Assembly: GCA_046484135.1 (NCBI GenBank)
Contig: JAWOBU010000013.1
Location: 1-14,220, forward strand
Direction: 5' to 3'
Length of the DNA: 14,220 nt
Source of the DNA: a bacterium
GTDB taxonomy: Bacteria; RBG-13-61-14; DATKZS01
Part shown: piece by piece, positions 1-7,437 of the stretch
Numbering within the stretch: position 1 is the stretch's first letter
Layout: every line of letters begins with the position of its first letter
Notes under the pieces: generated by a model
Told to the model about the DNA's origin: nothing
Seen by the model: only the letters and a program-made list of their open reading frames with translations
Database searches by the model: none
Translations under genes and position numbers: made by a program

Positions 1-1
1 A

Positions 2-1942
2 CGCATCCACCGCCGCCTGTCCGAGCTTATCAACCGCCACCAGGACGACGTGCTCCAGGACACCTTCTACACCGACCGCGCAGAGCGCTACGTCCTTCCG
101 GTAAAGGCTCCCGCCCGACAAAAGATTTCCGGCATCGTGCACGGAAGCTCGGGAAGCGGACAGACCGTGTTCATCGAGCCGTCCGAGTTGGTCGAGTCCA
201 ATAACGAGCTGAAGCTTATCGGCTCCGAGATCGAAGCAGAGATAAAACGCATCCTTGCCGACCTGTCCGCCCGAGTCGCCGGGGCGGCCGACCAGATACT
301 TACGAACCAGAACGCGCTCGCCCATATAGACGTGGTGCGCGCCCGGGCGAGGCTGGCACTCGAGCTCGACGCAACCCGGCCGGCGGTGAACGGGGAAGGA
401 AGGATCGGCCTTGTTAACGCCCGCCATCCGCTCCTGGTTCTGCGCGGACACAACACCGTTCCCAACGATTTTGCCATGGACCGGGACCGACAGGTGCTCG
501 TCATAAGCGGGCCCAACACCGGCGGCAAGACCGCGGCGCTCAGCATGCTGGGACTCATCGCTTTCATGGTCCGGGCGGGAATGTTCATACCCGCGGCTGA
601 GGACTCCGAGATGGCGGTGTTTAACGAGGTGTTCGCGGTCATGGGGGACGAGCAGGACCTCTCCCGCGACCTGTCCAGCTTCTCCGCCCACGTGTTGGAC
701 ATAATCGGGACCATCGAGTCAGCGGGCGCGGGCTCCTTGGTACTTCTGGACGAGCTTATGAGCTCGACCGACCCGGTGGAAGGGGGCGCGCTCGCTGCCG
801 CGGTACTCCGCGAGCTCCGCGACCAAGGCGCCCGCGTGCTCGCAACCACCCATATTCCCGCGCTCAAGTCCTTTGCCCATGAGGAAACGGGCTTTGTAAA
901 CGCAGGGTTTGCATTCGATCCCGACACCCTGGCGCCCACCTACAAGCTCATGGTTGATACCCCTGGCCAGAGCCTGGGCATTGATATAGCGAAAAGGCTC
1001 GGCCTGCCCGAGCGGCTCATTAAAGGGGCCAGGTCGGAAATGGATGATGCGTCTTTACGCATGGAGTCGCTCATTGCCGAGCTTTCCGAGAAGATAAAAG
1101 ATATCGAGTCCGAGAGGGGAGACATGGAAGCGGAGCGCAAGCGGGCGGCCAGGCTTTCCGAAGAGTACCGGTCCTACCTTGAGCGGGCACAGGAGCACGA
1201 GCGGGACATGAAAAAGCGGGTCCGGTCGGAGGCCGCGGCAGTGGTAAGGCGTACTGAGGCGGAGTTGGAACGGATTCTGAAAGAGGCCCGGCAAGAGGGC
1301 TCCCGCGAGTCGGTTCATAAAGGCCGGGAGAAGCTCCGGGAGGTTTCCGGCCGGCTGGCCGAGGAGTACGGGCAAGAGGAAGGAGAGCTTCCCGATTGGA
1401 CGCGTCTTAAAAAAGGGGATAAAGTGCTGGTCATGCCCTTGTCGGTCGAGGCCGAGCTTATGGAGGCGCCCGGCAAAGAGGTAAAGCCGGAAGACACGCT
1501 CCAGGTACGGATGGGAAAGCTCAAGGTGCAGGTAGAAGCTGGAAAAATAAGGGAGCTTAAAAAGTCTGCTCCCTCCGAGCCGGTCCTGCAGAAGCCCTCA
1601 AGAAAGCAAAAGAAGCCAAAACCGGAGAAGCCCGCGGAGCCGCCGGAGAGCGGGCCGCCGGCCGCCACTCCCCAGACTTCCGAGAACACCCTGGACCTTC
1701 GCGGAATGCGATACCAGGAAGCGGAAGCCCGGCTGGAAGGATTCCTGGACCAGGCCTGCGGCAAGCATCTGCCTAACGTGTATATCATCCACGGCCACGG
1801 CACCGGCGCTTTAAAGAAGATGGTGCGGGAGGAGCTCTCGGTTTCTCCTTACGTGTCCGAGTTCCGGCCGGGCGAGAAGGGCGAAGGAGGCGACGGGGTT
1901 ACCATGGCCGAGCTCAAGGACTTAAGCTACAGAGGCAGTTAA
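2..1942 (+). CDS. mutS2: Endonuclease MutS2 (MutS-family ATPase with C-terminal Smr domain), 5'-truncated by the window edge
   Basis: Frame is open from position 2 (RIHRRLSELINRHQDDVLQD...), so the GTG at 50 is not the true start. MutS2 motifs: RYVLPVK, GIVHGSSGSGQTVFIEP, Walker A ISGPNTGGKT, LSSFSAH, Walker B LLDEL..STDP.EG, coiled coil, KOW-like KGDKVLV, Smr domain LDLRGM...IIHGHGTGALK...GGDGVT. Confidence 0.97.
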   Translation, partial: RIHRRLSELINRHQDDVLQDTFYTDRAERYVLPVKAPARQKISGIVHGSSGSGQTVFIEPSELVESNNELKLIGSEIEAEIKRILADLSARVAGAADQILTNQNALAHIDVVRARARLALELDATRPAVNGEGRIGLVNARHPLLVLRGHNTVPNDFAMDRDRQVLVISGPNTGGKTAALSMLGLIAFMVRAGMFIPAAEDSEMAVFNEVFAVMGDEQDLSRDLSSFSAHVLDIIGTIESAGAGSLVLLDELMSSTDPVEGGALAAAVLRELRDQGARVLATTHIPALKSFAHEETGFVNAGFAFDPDTLAPTYKLMVDTPGQSLGIDIAKRLGLPERLIKGARSEMDDASLRMESLIAELSEKIKDIESERGDMEAERKRAARLSEEYRSYLERAQEHERDMKKRVRSEAAAVVRRTEAELERILKEARQEGSRESVHKGREKLREVSGRLAEEYGQEEGELPDWTRLKKGDKVLVMPLSVEAELMEAPGKEVKPEDTLQVRMGKLKVQVEAGKIRELKKSAPSEPVLQKPSRKQKKPKPEKPAEPPESGPPAATPQTSENTLDLRGMRYQEAEARLEGFLDQACGKHLPNVYIIHGHGTGALKKMVREELSVSPYVSEFRPGEKGEGGDGVTMAELKDLSYRGS

Positions 1943-1953
1943 AGGAGTCTCGC

Positions 1954-3303
1954 ATGAAGGTTCTTCTGACGTATCCCCGCTGGGACTATCCGATAATGGG
2001 CGAGCTCCAGGAGCCGCTCGGGATCATGAGCGTGGGCGCGGCCCTGTCCGCGGCCGGTCACGAGGTCAAGCTCCTGGACCTGGCGGTGGACGGCATCGAG
2101 GAGCTTGACCGGCTTTTGCCGGAATCAGACCTTGTGGGATTGAGTTCGTCCACCGCGCTTTACGGCCGGGCCTGCCGCGTTCTTGACCGGGTTAGGGAGC
2201 AAAGCCCCAATCTCCCGGTCATACTGGGCGGTCCCCACGCAACCGTGGTGCCGGAAGAGGTGATTGCGCGGGGGTTTGACGCTGCGAGCATAGGCGAGGG
2301 CGAGGCCACCGCAGTCGAGATAGCTCAAGCCATATGCGAGAACCAGCCCTTGTACCGCGTGCCGGGGGTGGTGGCCCGCCGGGGCGAGCGGATCATGTGG
2401 GGACCGGCGCGTCCGTTTTTAAAGGACATGGACGGCCTGCCCGACCCGGACCGCTCGCTGGCCGATTACGAAGGTTATTTCCAGAAAGGCCTCTCCCAGG
2501 TGGGGATCATGGCCAGCCGCGGCTGTCCCTACAACTGTCTTTTCTGCAAGCCCATGCAGGACAAGCTCTTCGGCCGGAAGATTCGCAGGAGGCCGGTCAA
2601 GAACATAGTGCAAGAGATGGAGCGTTGCGTGTCCATGCTCGGCAACCGCAGGTTCCTGTTCCGGGACGACACCATGGCACTGGCGGGGATGGAGTGGTTT
2701 AACCGGTTCGAGTCCGCGCTGGAGGCTTCGTCGCTCACCGGCCCCGCCTGGTCCTGCCAGGCCCGGGTGGACCAGGTCAATGGTCCCTTGCTCGAGAAGA
2801 TGAAAAGCTGCGGGCTTAAAGGAATGGCCTTTGGGGTCGAAAGCGGCTCTCAAAAGGTGCTCGACTATTACCGGAAAGGCATCAAGCTCGAGCAGACCGT
2901 GAAAGCTTTCGAGACCTGCCATCGCCTCGGTATCGGGACCCATGCTTTTATCATGCTGGGAGCGCCGGTCGAGACCCCGGCCGACCTCGAGATGACCGCG
3001 AACCTCGTGCGAAGCATCCGGCCCGACAGCGTCAGCATCTCCATTACCACGCCCGCGCCCGGTACCGACCTTTACTACCAGGTTATCGAGTCCGGGCTTT
3101 ATAACCTCTCGAGCCACGAGGAATCCGACTACTACTTTAACGAAAGGCCCATTAAGCTGCCGTACCTTTCTCCCCTGGAGCTGGCCGAGGCCGGCCGGGC
3201 CATACTCGAGGCGGTGCCGGGGGCCCCCTCCACTGAGCAGATGCAAAGGATCAAGTGTATAGCCGCGGGAAACACTCAACCGGTAAGCCCGAAAGACGTG
3301 TGA
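1954..3303 (+). CDS. Cobalamin (B12)-binding radical SAM protein, substrate unknown
   Basis: N-terminal B12-binding domain (PLGIMSVGA, DLVGLS, VILGGPHAT, IGEGE), CxxxCxxC in SRGCPYNCLFC, FRDD, FGVESGSQKVL, PAPGTDLY. SD AGGAG lies just upstream, 11 nt gap after mutS2. Confidence 0.93.
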   Translation: MKVLLTYPRWDYPIMGELQEPLGIMSVGAALSAAGHEVKLLDLAVDGIEELDRLLPESDLVGLSSSTALYGRACRVLDRVREQSPNLPVILGGPHATVVPEEVIARGFDAASIGEGEATAVEIAQAICENQPLYRVPGVVARRGERIMWGPARPFLKDMDGLPDPDRSLADYEGYFQKGLSQVGIMASRGCPYNCLFCKPMQDKLFGRKIRRRPVKNIVQEMERCVSMLGNRRFLFRDDTMALAGMEWFNRFESALEASSLTGPAWSCQARVDQVNGPLLEKMKSCGLKGMAFGVESGSQKVLDYYRKGIKLEQTVKAFETCHRLGIGTHAFIMLGAPVETPADLEMTANLVRSIRPDSVSISITTPAPGTDLYYQVIESGLYNLSSHEESDYYFNERPIKLPYLSPLELAEAGRAILEAVPGAPSTEQMQRIKCIAAGNTQPVSPKDV

Positions 3304-3359
3304 AAGACAACCTCGTCTACCCGGCAAAAACCCGGCTTATTTTATAAACCATGCCTTGA

Positions 3360-3368
3360 TGTTATGAT
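3360..3368 (+). promoter_or_regulatory. Extended -10 promoter element (TGnTATGAT) positioned for a leaderless ychF transcript
   Basis: TG 3360-3361, TATGAT 3363-3368, 6-nt spacer, then the A of the ychF ATG at 3375. No SD sequence upstream of the ATG. Confidence 0.6.
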
Positions 3369-3374
3369 CGTGCC

Positions 3375-4493
3375 ATGGGGTTTTCCTGCGGCATCGTGGG
3401 GCTTCCCAACGTGGGCAAGTCCACGCTTTTCAACGCACTGACCGCGGCGGCCGCGGCCGCGGAGAACTATCCCTTCTGCACTACCTCGCCCCACGTGGGC
3501 ACCGCCGAGGTCCCGGACGAAAGGCTTATAGAGCTTGCGCGTCTTTTAAAACCGGAGCGGATGGTGCCGGCCTGTCTCGAGTTCGTGGACATAGCGGGCC
3601 TGGTCCGAGGCGCGTCCTCGGGCGAGGGCATGGGCAACGAGTTTCTGGACAACATCCGGAACGTGGACGCGATCGCCCACGTGGTCCGCTGTTTCCATGA
3701 TCCCGCAGTAGGGTTTCACGAGTCAGTGTCAGGCGTGGACCCTTGTCGGGACGCCTGGATAGTCGAGTTCGAGCTTCTGCAAAAGGACCTGCAATGGGCA
3801 GAGCGGCGGAGAGACAAGGCTGAGAAGCTCCTCCGCACCGGCGACAAGTCGGCCTCCCGGGAGGTCGAGCTTTACGACCGGATTATTGCCGGCTTAAACC
3901 GGGAGAAGCCTGTCTCCGGCATGGAGCTTTCGGCACAAGACCTGGAGATTCTCCGGCCCATGAACCCCTTGACGTTGAAGCCGCTCTTTTACGTGGCGAA
4001 CCTCGGGGAGGAAGACCTCGAGCTCGACAACGCCGGAGAGCCGGACTCGGAGCCGTACCGCGCTCTCAAGAAGTACGCCGACGCAGAGGGCAGGCCGACG
4101 GCGCCTTTTTACGCCCGGCTCGAGTCGGAGCTCCACGAGCTGCCGGATGAAGAGAGGACGGACTTCCGGGAGGAGATGGGACTTAAGATCGAGGGACTTC
4201 CCGCCATTGTCCGGGCGGGTTACGAGTCGCTCGGGCTTATTACTTTTTACACCAAGGTCGGGCCGGAGCTCCGGGCGTGGACGGTTCCGGCGGGTACTCC
4301 CGCGCCCAAGGCGGCGGGCGTCATCCACACCGACTTTGAGAAGGGATTCATAAAAGCAGAGGTCATCTCTTACGATGATTTCGTGCGCGCGGGTTCGGAG
4401 GCAAGTGCCCGCAAGCAGGCGCTGGTCCGGCTGGAGGGCAAGGATTACGAGGTCCGGGACGGGGACGTGGTCCATTTCAAGTTCAATGTATAA
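3375..4493 (+). CDS. ychF: Ribosome-binding ATPase YchF (Obg family)
   Basis: GIVGLPNVGKSTLFNALT, NYPFCT, DIAGLV, HVVRCF, KP..YVANLGE (NxxE), TGS domain RAWT...AAGVIHTDFEKGFIKAEV...EGKDYEVRDGDVVHFKFNV. Length 372 aa is typical. Confidence 0.98.
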   Translation: MGFSCGIVGLPNVGKSTLFNALTAAAAAAENYPFCTTSPHVGTAEVPDERLIELARLLKPERMVPACLEFVDIAGLVRGASSGEGMGNEFLDNIRNVDAIAHVVRCFHDPAVGFHESVSGVDPCRDAWIVEFELLQKDLQWAERRRDKAEKLLRTGDKSASREVELYDRIIAGLNREKPVSGMELSAQDLEILRPMNPLTLKPLFYVANLGEEDLELDNAGEPDSEPYRALKKYADAEGRPTAPFYARLESELHELPDEERTDFREEMGLKIEGLPAIVRAGYESLGLITFYTKVGPELRAWTVPAGTPAPKAAGVIHTDFEKGFIKAEVISYDDFVRAGSEASARKQALVRLEGKDYEVRDGDVVHFKFNV

Positions 4494-4544
4494 GACCGCG
4501 CGAACCTACTGCAATGTATCATATGTAATTGCCATTTTTGGCGT

Positions 4545-4626
4545 CGCCCTAGGGCTTATATTCGATTCGTCAAAATTTTCCCCGGGGCTTAGGCCCCGGG
4601 CTTTAGGCCGCCGTCCCGTTGGGACT
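4545..4626 (-). repeat. REP-like tri-hairpin unit A
   Basis: Palindromes GCCCTAGGGC (4546-4555), CCCGGGGC-ttag-GCCCCGGG (4581-4600) and GTCCC-gtt-GGGAC (4613-4625). Read on the - strand, it has the same order and spacing as unit B. Confidence 0.7.
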
Positions 4627-4643
4627 CGACAGCTTCGAATCCG

Positions 4644-4768
4644 CGCCCTGAAAAGGGCGGAAGGACTACAGCCCAGGGCGCCTGTCTGCGTGCCTGTCTG
4701 CCGTGCCCGGCACAGGCAGGCAAGCCCTGGGGAAACGGTTTAAAAAAAGAAAGAGCCCTGAAAGGGCG
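4644..4768 (+). repeat. REP-like tri-hairpin unit B, containing a 40-bp insert
   Basis: CGCCCT-gaaa-AGGGCG (4644-4659), CCCAGGGC (4672-4679)...GCCCTGGG (4724-4731), GCCCT-gaa-AGGGC (4755-4767). The first and third hairpins are near-identical direct repeats. Confidence 0.8.
4681..4720. repeat. 40-bp palindromic mini-insert (CCTGTCTG...CAGGCAGG) in the loop of a REP hairpin
   Basis: CCTGTCTG at 4681 and again at 4693, closing arm CAGGCAGG at 4713-4720. Removing 4681-4720 restores CCCAGGGC-GCAA-GCCCTGGG. Confidence 0.65.
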
Positions 4769-4944
4769 AGGGAAAGCTTTAAGCAGAGTTCATAAGGACC
4801 AAACAGGGTGATACGCTACACTAGTTCCATTTCGTGTTAATCTAAGATACTACAGTAAAAGGTCCGGAGTAGAGAAAGAGGCAGGGACTTGCACTCGTTA
4901 CATTAATTTAACGTTAAGCTATAAGTCACTTACGGAGGGTTTGG

Positions 4945-6237
4945 ATGCGACTGATTGCCGGTGCCGGACTGGCGGGGCTGTCCGCGGCGTATCACCTGGG
5001 CGAGCGCAACTACCGGATCATTGAGAAAGGCGACCGGCCGGGCGGTCTTTGCCGGACGGAGAAAAAGGACGGCTTTCTTTTCGATTACGGCGGTCATCTT
5101 CTTCACGTCCGGAACGATTACGTGAACTCCCTGGCGCGGGAGCTTCTGGGTGATGAGCTTATCACCCACCAGCGCCGCGCTTCCATCTACTCTTACAACG
5201 CTTTCACCCCTTATCCTTTCCAGGCCAACACCTACGGCCTTCCCGCTGAGGTGGTGCGGGACTGCCTGGTCGGGTATGTCCAGGCCATTACCGAGTCTTT
5301 GCTTGAATCCTTCCGGCCGGCCAACTTCCGGGAGTGGGTTTATTACACCTTCGGCAAGGGGTTTGCCGAGCACTTCTTTATGCCCTGGAACCAAAAGTTC
5401 TTCAAGACCGGCCTTGACGAGATCGCCATAGACTGGGTGAGCTGGGCCATTCCGCGGCCGGGTCTGCGCGAAGTGGTCAACGGCGCGCTCGGTATCCAGG
5501 ACTCGGAGTTCGGCTACAACGCGGAGTTCTACTATCCGGAGGACGGCATCGAAGCCCTGCCGCGGGCACTGGCAAAGGAGCTTCAGCAGCCGGTGGAGAC
5601 CGGCACTTCGCTTGTGGAAGTTATACCGGCCGAGCACCGGGCGCTCCTGTCCACCGGCGAAGAGGTTTACTTTGACACCCTGATATCCACGGTCCCCCTG
5701 CCCGAGCTGGTAAGGATGGTAAAGGACGTGCCCGCTGACATAAGGGAAGCTGCGGACAGGCTCCGGGTCCTGTCCGTCTTGTGCGTAAACCTCGGGATCA
5801 CCGGCCCGCCTCTTACCGACCGGCACTGGATTTACATACCCGGACCCGAGTACTCGTTCCACCGGATCGGCGTGTACTCGAACTTCACACCAGGAGCGGA
5901 AGACCGGAGCTCTCTATATCTCGAGATATCCCTGCCGGGCGTTTTGAGCCATGAACAAAAGGCGGGCCTTGCAGGCGAGGTTGACAAGGCAGTGGCTGAG
6001 TTCAAATCGTTGCCTCTGTGGGACGAAGACAAACACAAGATCGAGCTTGCGGACACGTTCTTGATTGACTACGGGTACGTGCTTTACGACCACGCCCGCG
6101 CCGAGTGTGTGGAGAAGATACTGGCTTACTTGCGGGAGAACTCGATTGAGCCGGCGGGCAGGTATGGCCGGTGGGAGTACTCGACCATGGAGGACGCCAT
6201 ACTCGAAGGCAGGGAGGCAGCGGAAGCAGCGAGGTAG
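4945..6237 (+). CDS. FAD-dependent oxidoreductase, UDP-galactopyranose mutase-like (eukaryotic-type UGM / HemY-like fold)
   Basis: Rossmann GAGLAGLSAA, E...GGLCRT, FDYGGH, YPFQ, F.PWNQK, GYNAEFYYP, FHRIG, GRYGRWEY..MEDA. SD GGAGG upstream. Adjacent to a glycosyltransferase. Confidence 0.8.
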   Translation: MRLIAGAGLAGLSAAYHLGERNYRIIEKGDRPGGLCRTEKKDGFLFDYGGHLLHVRNDYVNSLARELLGDELITHQRRASIYSYNAFTPYPFQANTYGLPAEVVRDCLVGYVQAITESLLESFRPANFREWVYYTFGKGFAEHFFMPWNQKFFKTGLDEIAIDWVSWAIPRPGLREVVNGALGIQDSEFGYNAEFYYPEDGIEALPRALAKELQQPVETGTSLVEVIPAEHRALLSTGEEVYFDTLISTVPLPELVRMVKDVPADIREAADRLRVLSVLCVNLGITGPPLTDRHWIYIPGPEYSFHRIGVYSNFTPGAEDRSSLYLEISLPGVLSHEQKAGLAGEVDKAVAEFKSLPLWDEDKHKIELADTFLIDYGYVLYDHARAECVEKILAYLRENSIEPAGRYGRWEYSTMEDAILEGREAAEAAR

Positions 6238-6249
6238 CCGGGAATAATC

Positions 6250-7437
6250 ATGCAAGCGCGGGTGGTCCACATCATAACCAAGCTGGAGCTGGGAGGCGCC
6301 CAGCAGAACACGCTTTACACGGTTCGGCACCTGGACCGGTCCCGGTTCTCGGTGGCCCTCTACTGCGGGGACGGAGGGCTTTTGAACGATGAAGCCGCCG
6401 GCATACCGGACCTGGACTTTGATGTAGTCCCTGAGCTGGTCCGCGAGGTCCGCCCTTGGAAGGACCTGAACGCCCTGTGGCAGCTCCGCTCGATTTTAAA
6501 GGACGAGGTCCAGAGGTCGGGTCTTCCGGTTATCGTGCACACGCACAGCTCGAAGGCGGGGGTGCTGGGAAGATGGGCGGCGTGGCTAGCTGGAGTTCCC
6601 GTCATCATCCACACCTATCACGGGTTCGGGTTTAACGATTATCAGAGCTCTCCAAAGCGCTTCGCTTTCCTGGCCGCGGAGCGGGTGACCGCGAAGATCA
6701 CGGATTACATCATTGCGGTAAGCCAAGCCAACCTGGACAAGGCGCTCAAGCTGTCCCTTGCCGACCCTGTCGGGAGCGGGCTCATAAGAAGCGGGATCAG
6801 GATAGACGAGTTCGAACGCGCCGACGCGGACAAAGGCCGGATCAAAAGAGAGCTCGGGGTTCCGGAAGAGGCGCCCCTGGTGCTCATGGTGGCGTGCTTG
6901 AAACCCCAGAAGAACCCGGTGGACTTCGTAAAGATGGCGGAGATGGTGTCGGCTCGGGTGCCCGAGGCCCGCTTTGCAGTGGCGGGCGACGGCGAGCTCC
7001 GGTCGGAGATGGAAGAGGCGGTCCGCGCCCGCGGCCTGGAAGACCGGGTGCTGCTGCTGGGATGGCGGCGGGACGTGCCCGAGCTTTTATGGGCGTCACA
7101 GGTGCTGGTCCTGACCAGCCTGTGGGAGGGCCTGCCGAGGGTGTACCCGCAGGCCATGGCCGCGTCCGTGCCAGTTGTAGGCACCCGGGTAGACGGGGCC
7201 TCCGAGGCGGTGGCCGACGGGGTGAACGGCTGGCTGGTCCCGCCCGGAGACGTTAACGGTCTCGTGGATTACGTAACCGAGCTTTTAAAAGACCCGGAAG
7301 CGGCCCGGGCATTAGGCGAAGCAGGCAGGCGAAAAGTGGACGAGTTCGACATAGACCTCATGGTAAGGCAGCAGGAGGAGCTGTACACCCGTTTGCTTTC
7401 AGCCAGAATCGGAGACAAGAGAGGGGAGGAAGAATGA
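6250..7437 (+). CDS. Glycosyltransferase family 4 (GT-B fold)
   Basis: HIITKLELGGAQ, VHTHSSKAG..GR, HTYHG, LKPQKN, GDGELR, LGWRRDV, SLWEGLPRV...AMA...PVVGTRVDGASE. Confidence 0.95.
   Translation: MQARVVHIITKLELGGAQQNTLYTVRHLDRSRFSVALYCGDGGLLNDEAAGIPDLDFDVVPELVREVRPWKDLNALWQLRSILKDEVQRSGLPVIVHTHSSKAGVLGRWAAWLAGVPVIIHTYHGFGFNDYQSSPKRFAFLAAERVTAKITDYIIAVSQANLDKALKLSLADPVGSGLIRSGIRIDEFERADADKGRIKRELGVPEEAPLVLMVACLKPQKNPVDFVKMAEMVSARVPEARFAVAGDGELRSEMEEAVRARGLEDRVLLLGWRRDVPELLWASQVLVLTSLWEGLPRVYPQAMAASVPVVGTRVDGASEAVADGVNGWLVPPGDVNGLVDYVTELLKDPEAARALGEAGRRKVDEFDIDLMVRQQEELYTRLLSARIGDKRGEEE

Larger units (their letters stand above)
4506..4824. mobile_element. Putative non-autonomous MITE-like element with imperfect terminal inverted repeats enclosing REP-like hairpins
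   Basis: Left end CTACTGCAATGTATCA (4506-4521) matches the reverse complement of right end TGATACGCTACACTAG (4809-4824) at 12/16. Interior is a cluster of GC-rich palindromes with no convincing coding sequence. Confidence 0.5.

Noticed and set aside
50..52. GTG at 50 as the mutS2 start
   Set aside because: The frame stays open to the window edge, and MutS2 proteins have additional N-terminal sequence.
3301..3345. Selenocysteine or readthrough at the radical SAM TGA (small hairpins follow)
   Set aside because: The domain is already complete, the readthrough peptide is unconvincing and runs out of frame into ychF, and there is no clear SECIS.
4375..4743. 122-aa ORF running from ychF into the repeat region
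   Set aside because: It overlaps ychF out of frame and translates palindromic repeats, with no SD and no motif.
4545..4768. Possible CRISPR mini-array
   Set aside because: Repeats are not identical or evenly spaced, occur in both orientations, and there are no cas genes. REP-like architecture fits better.
4879..4893. Sigma54-like site AGGCAGGGACTTGCA
   Set aside because: The GG-to-GC spacing is 9 nt rather than the required 10.
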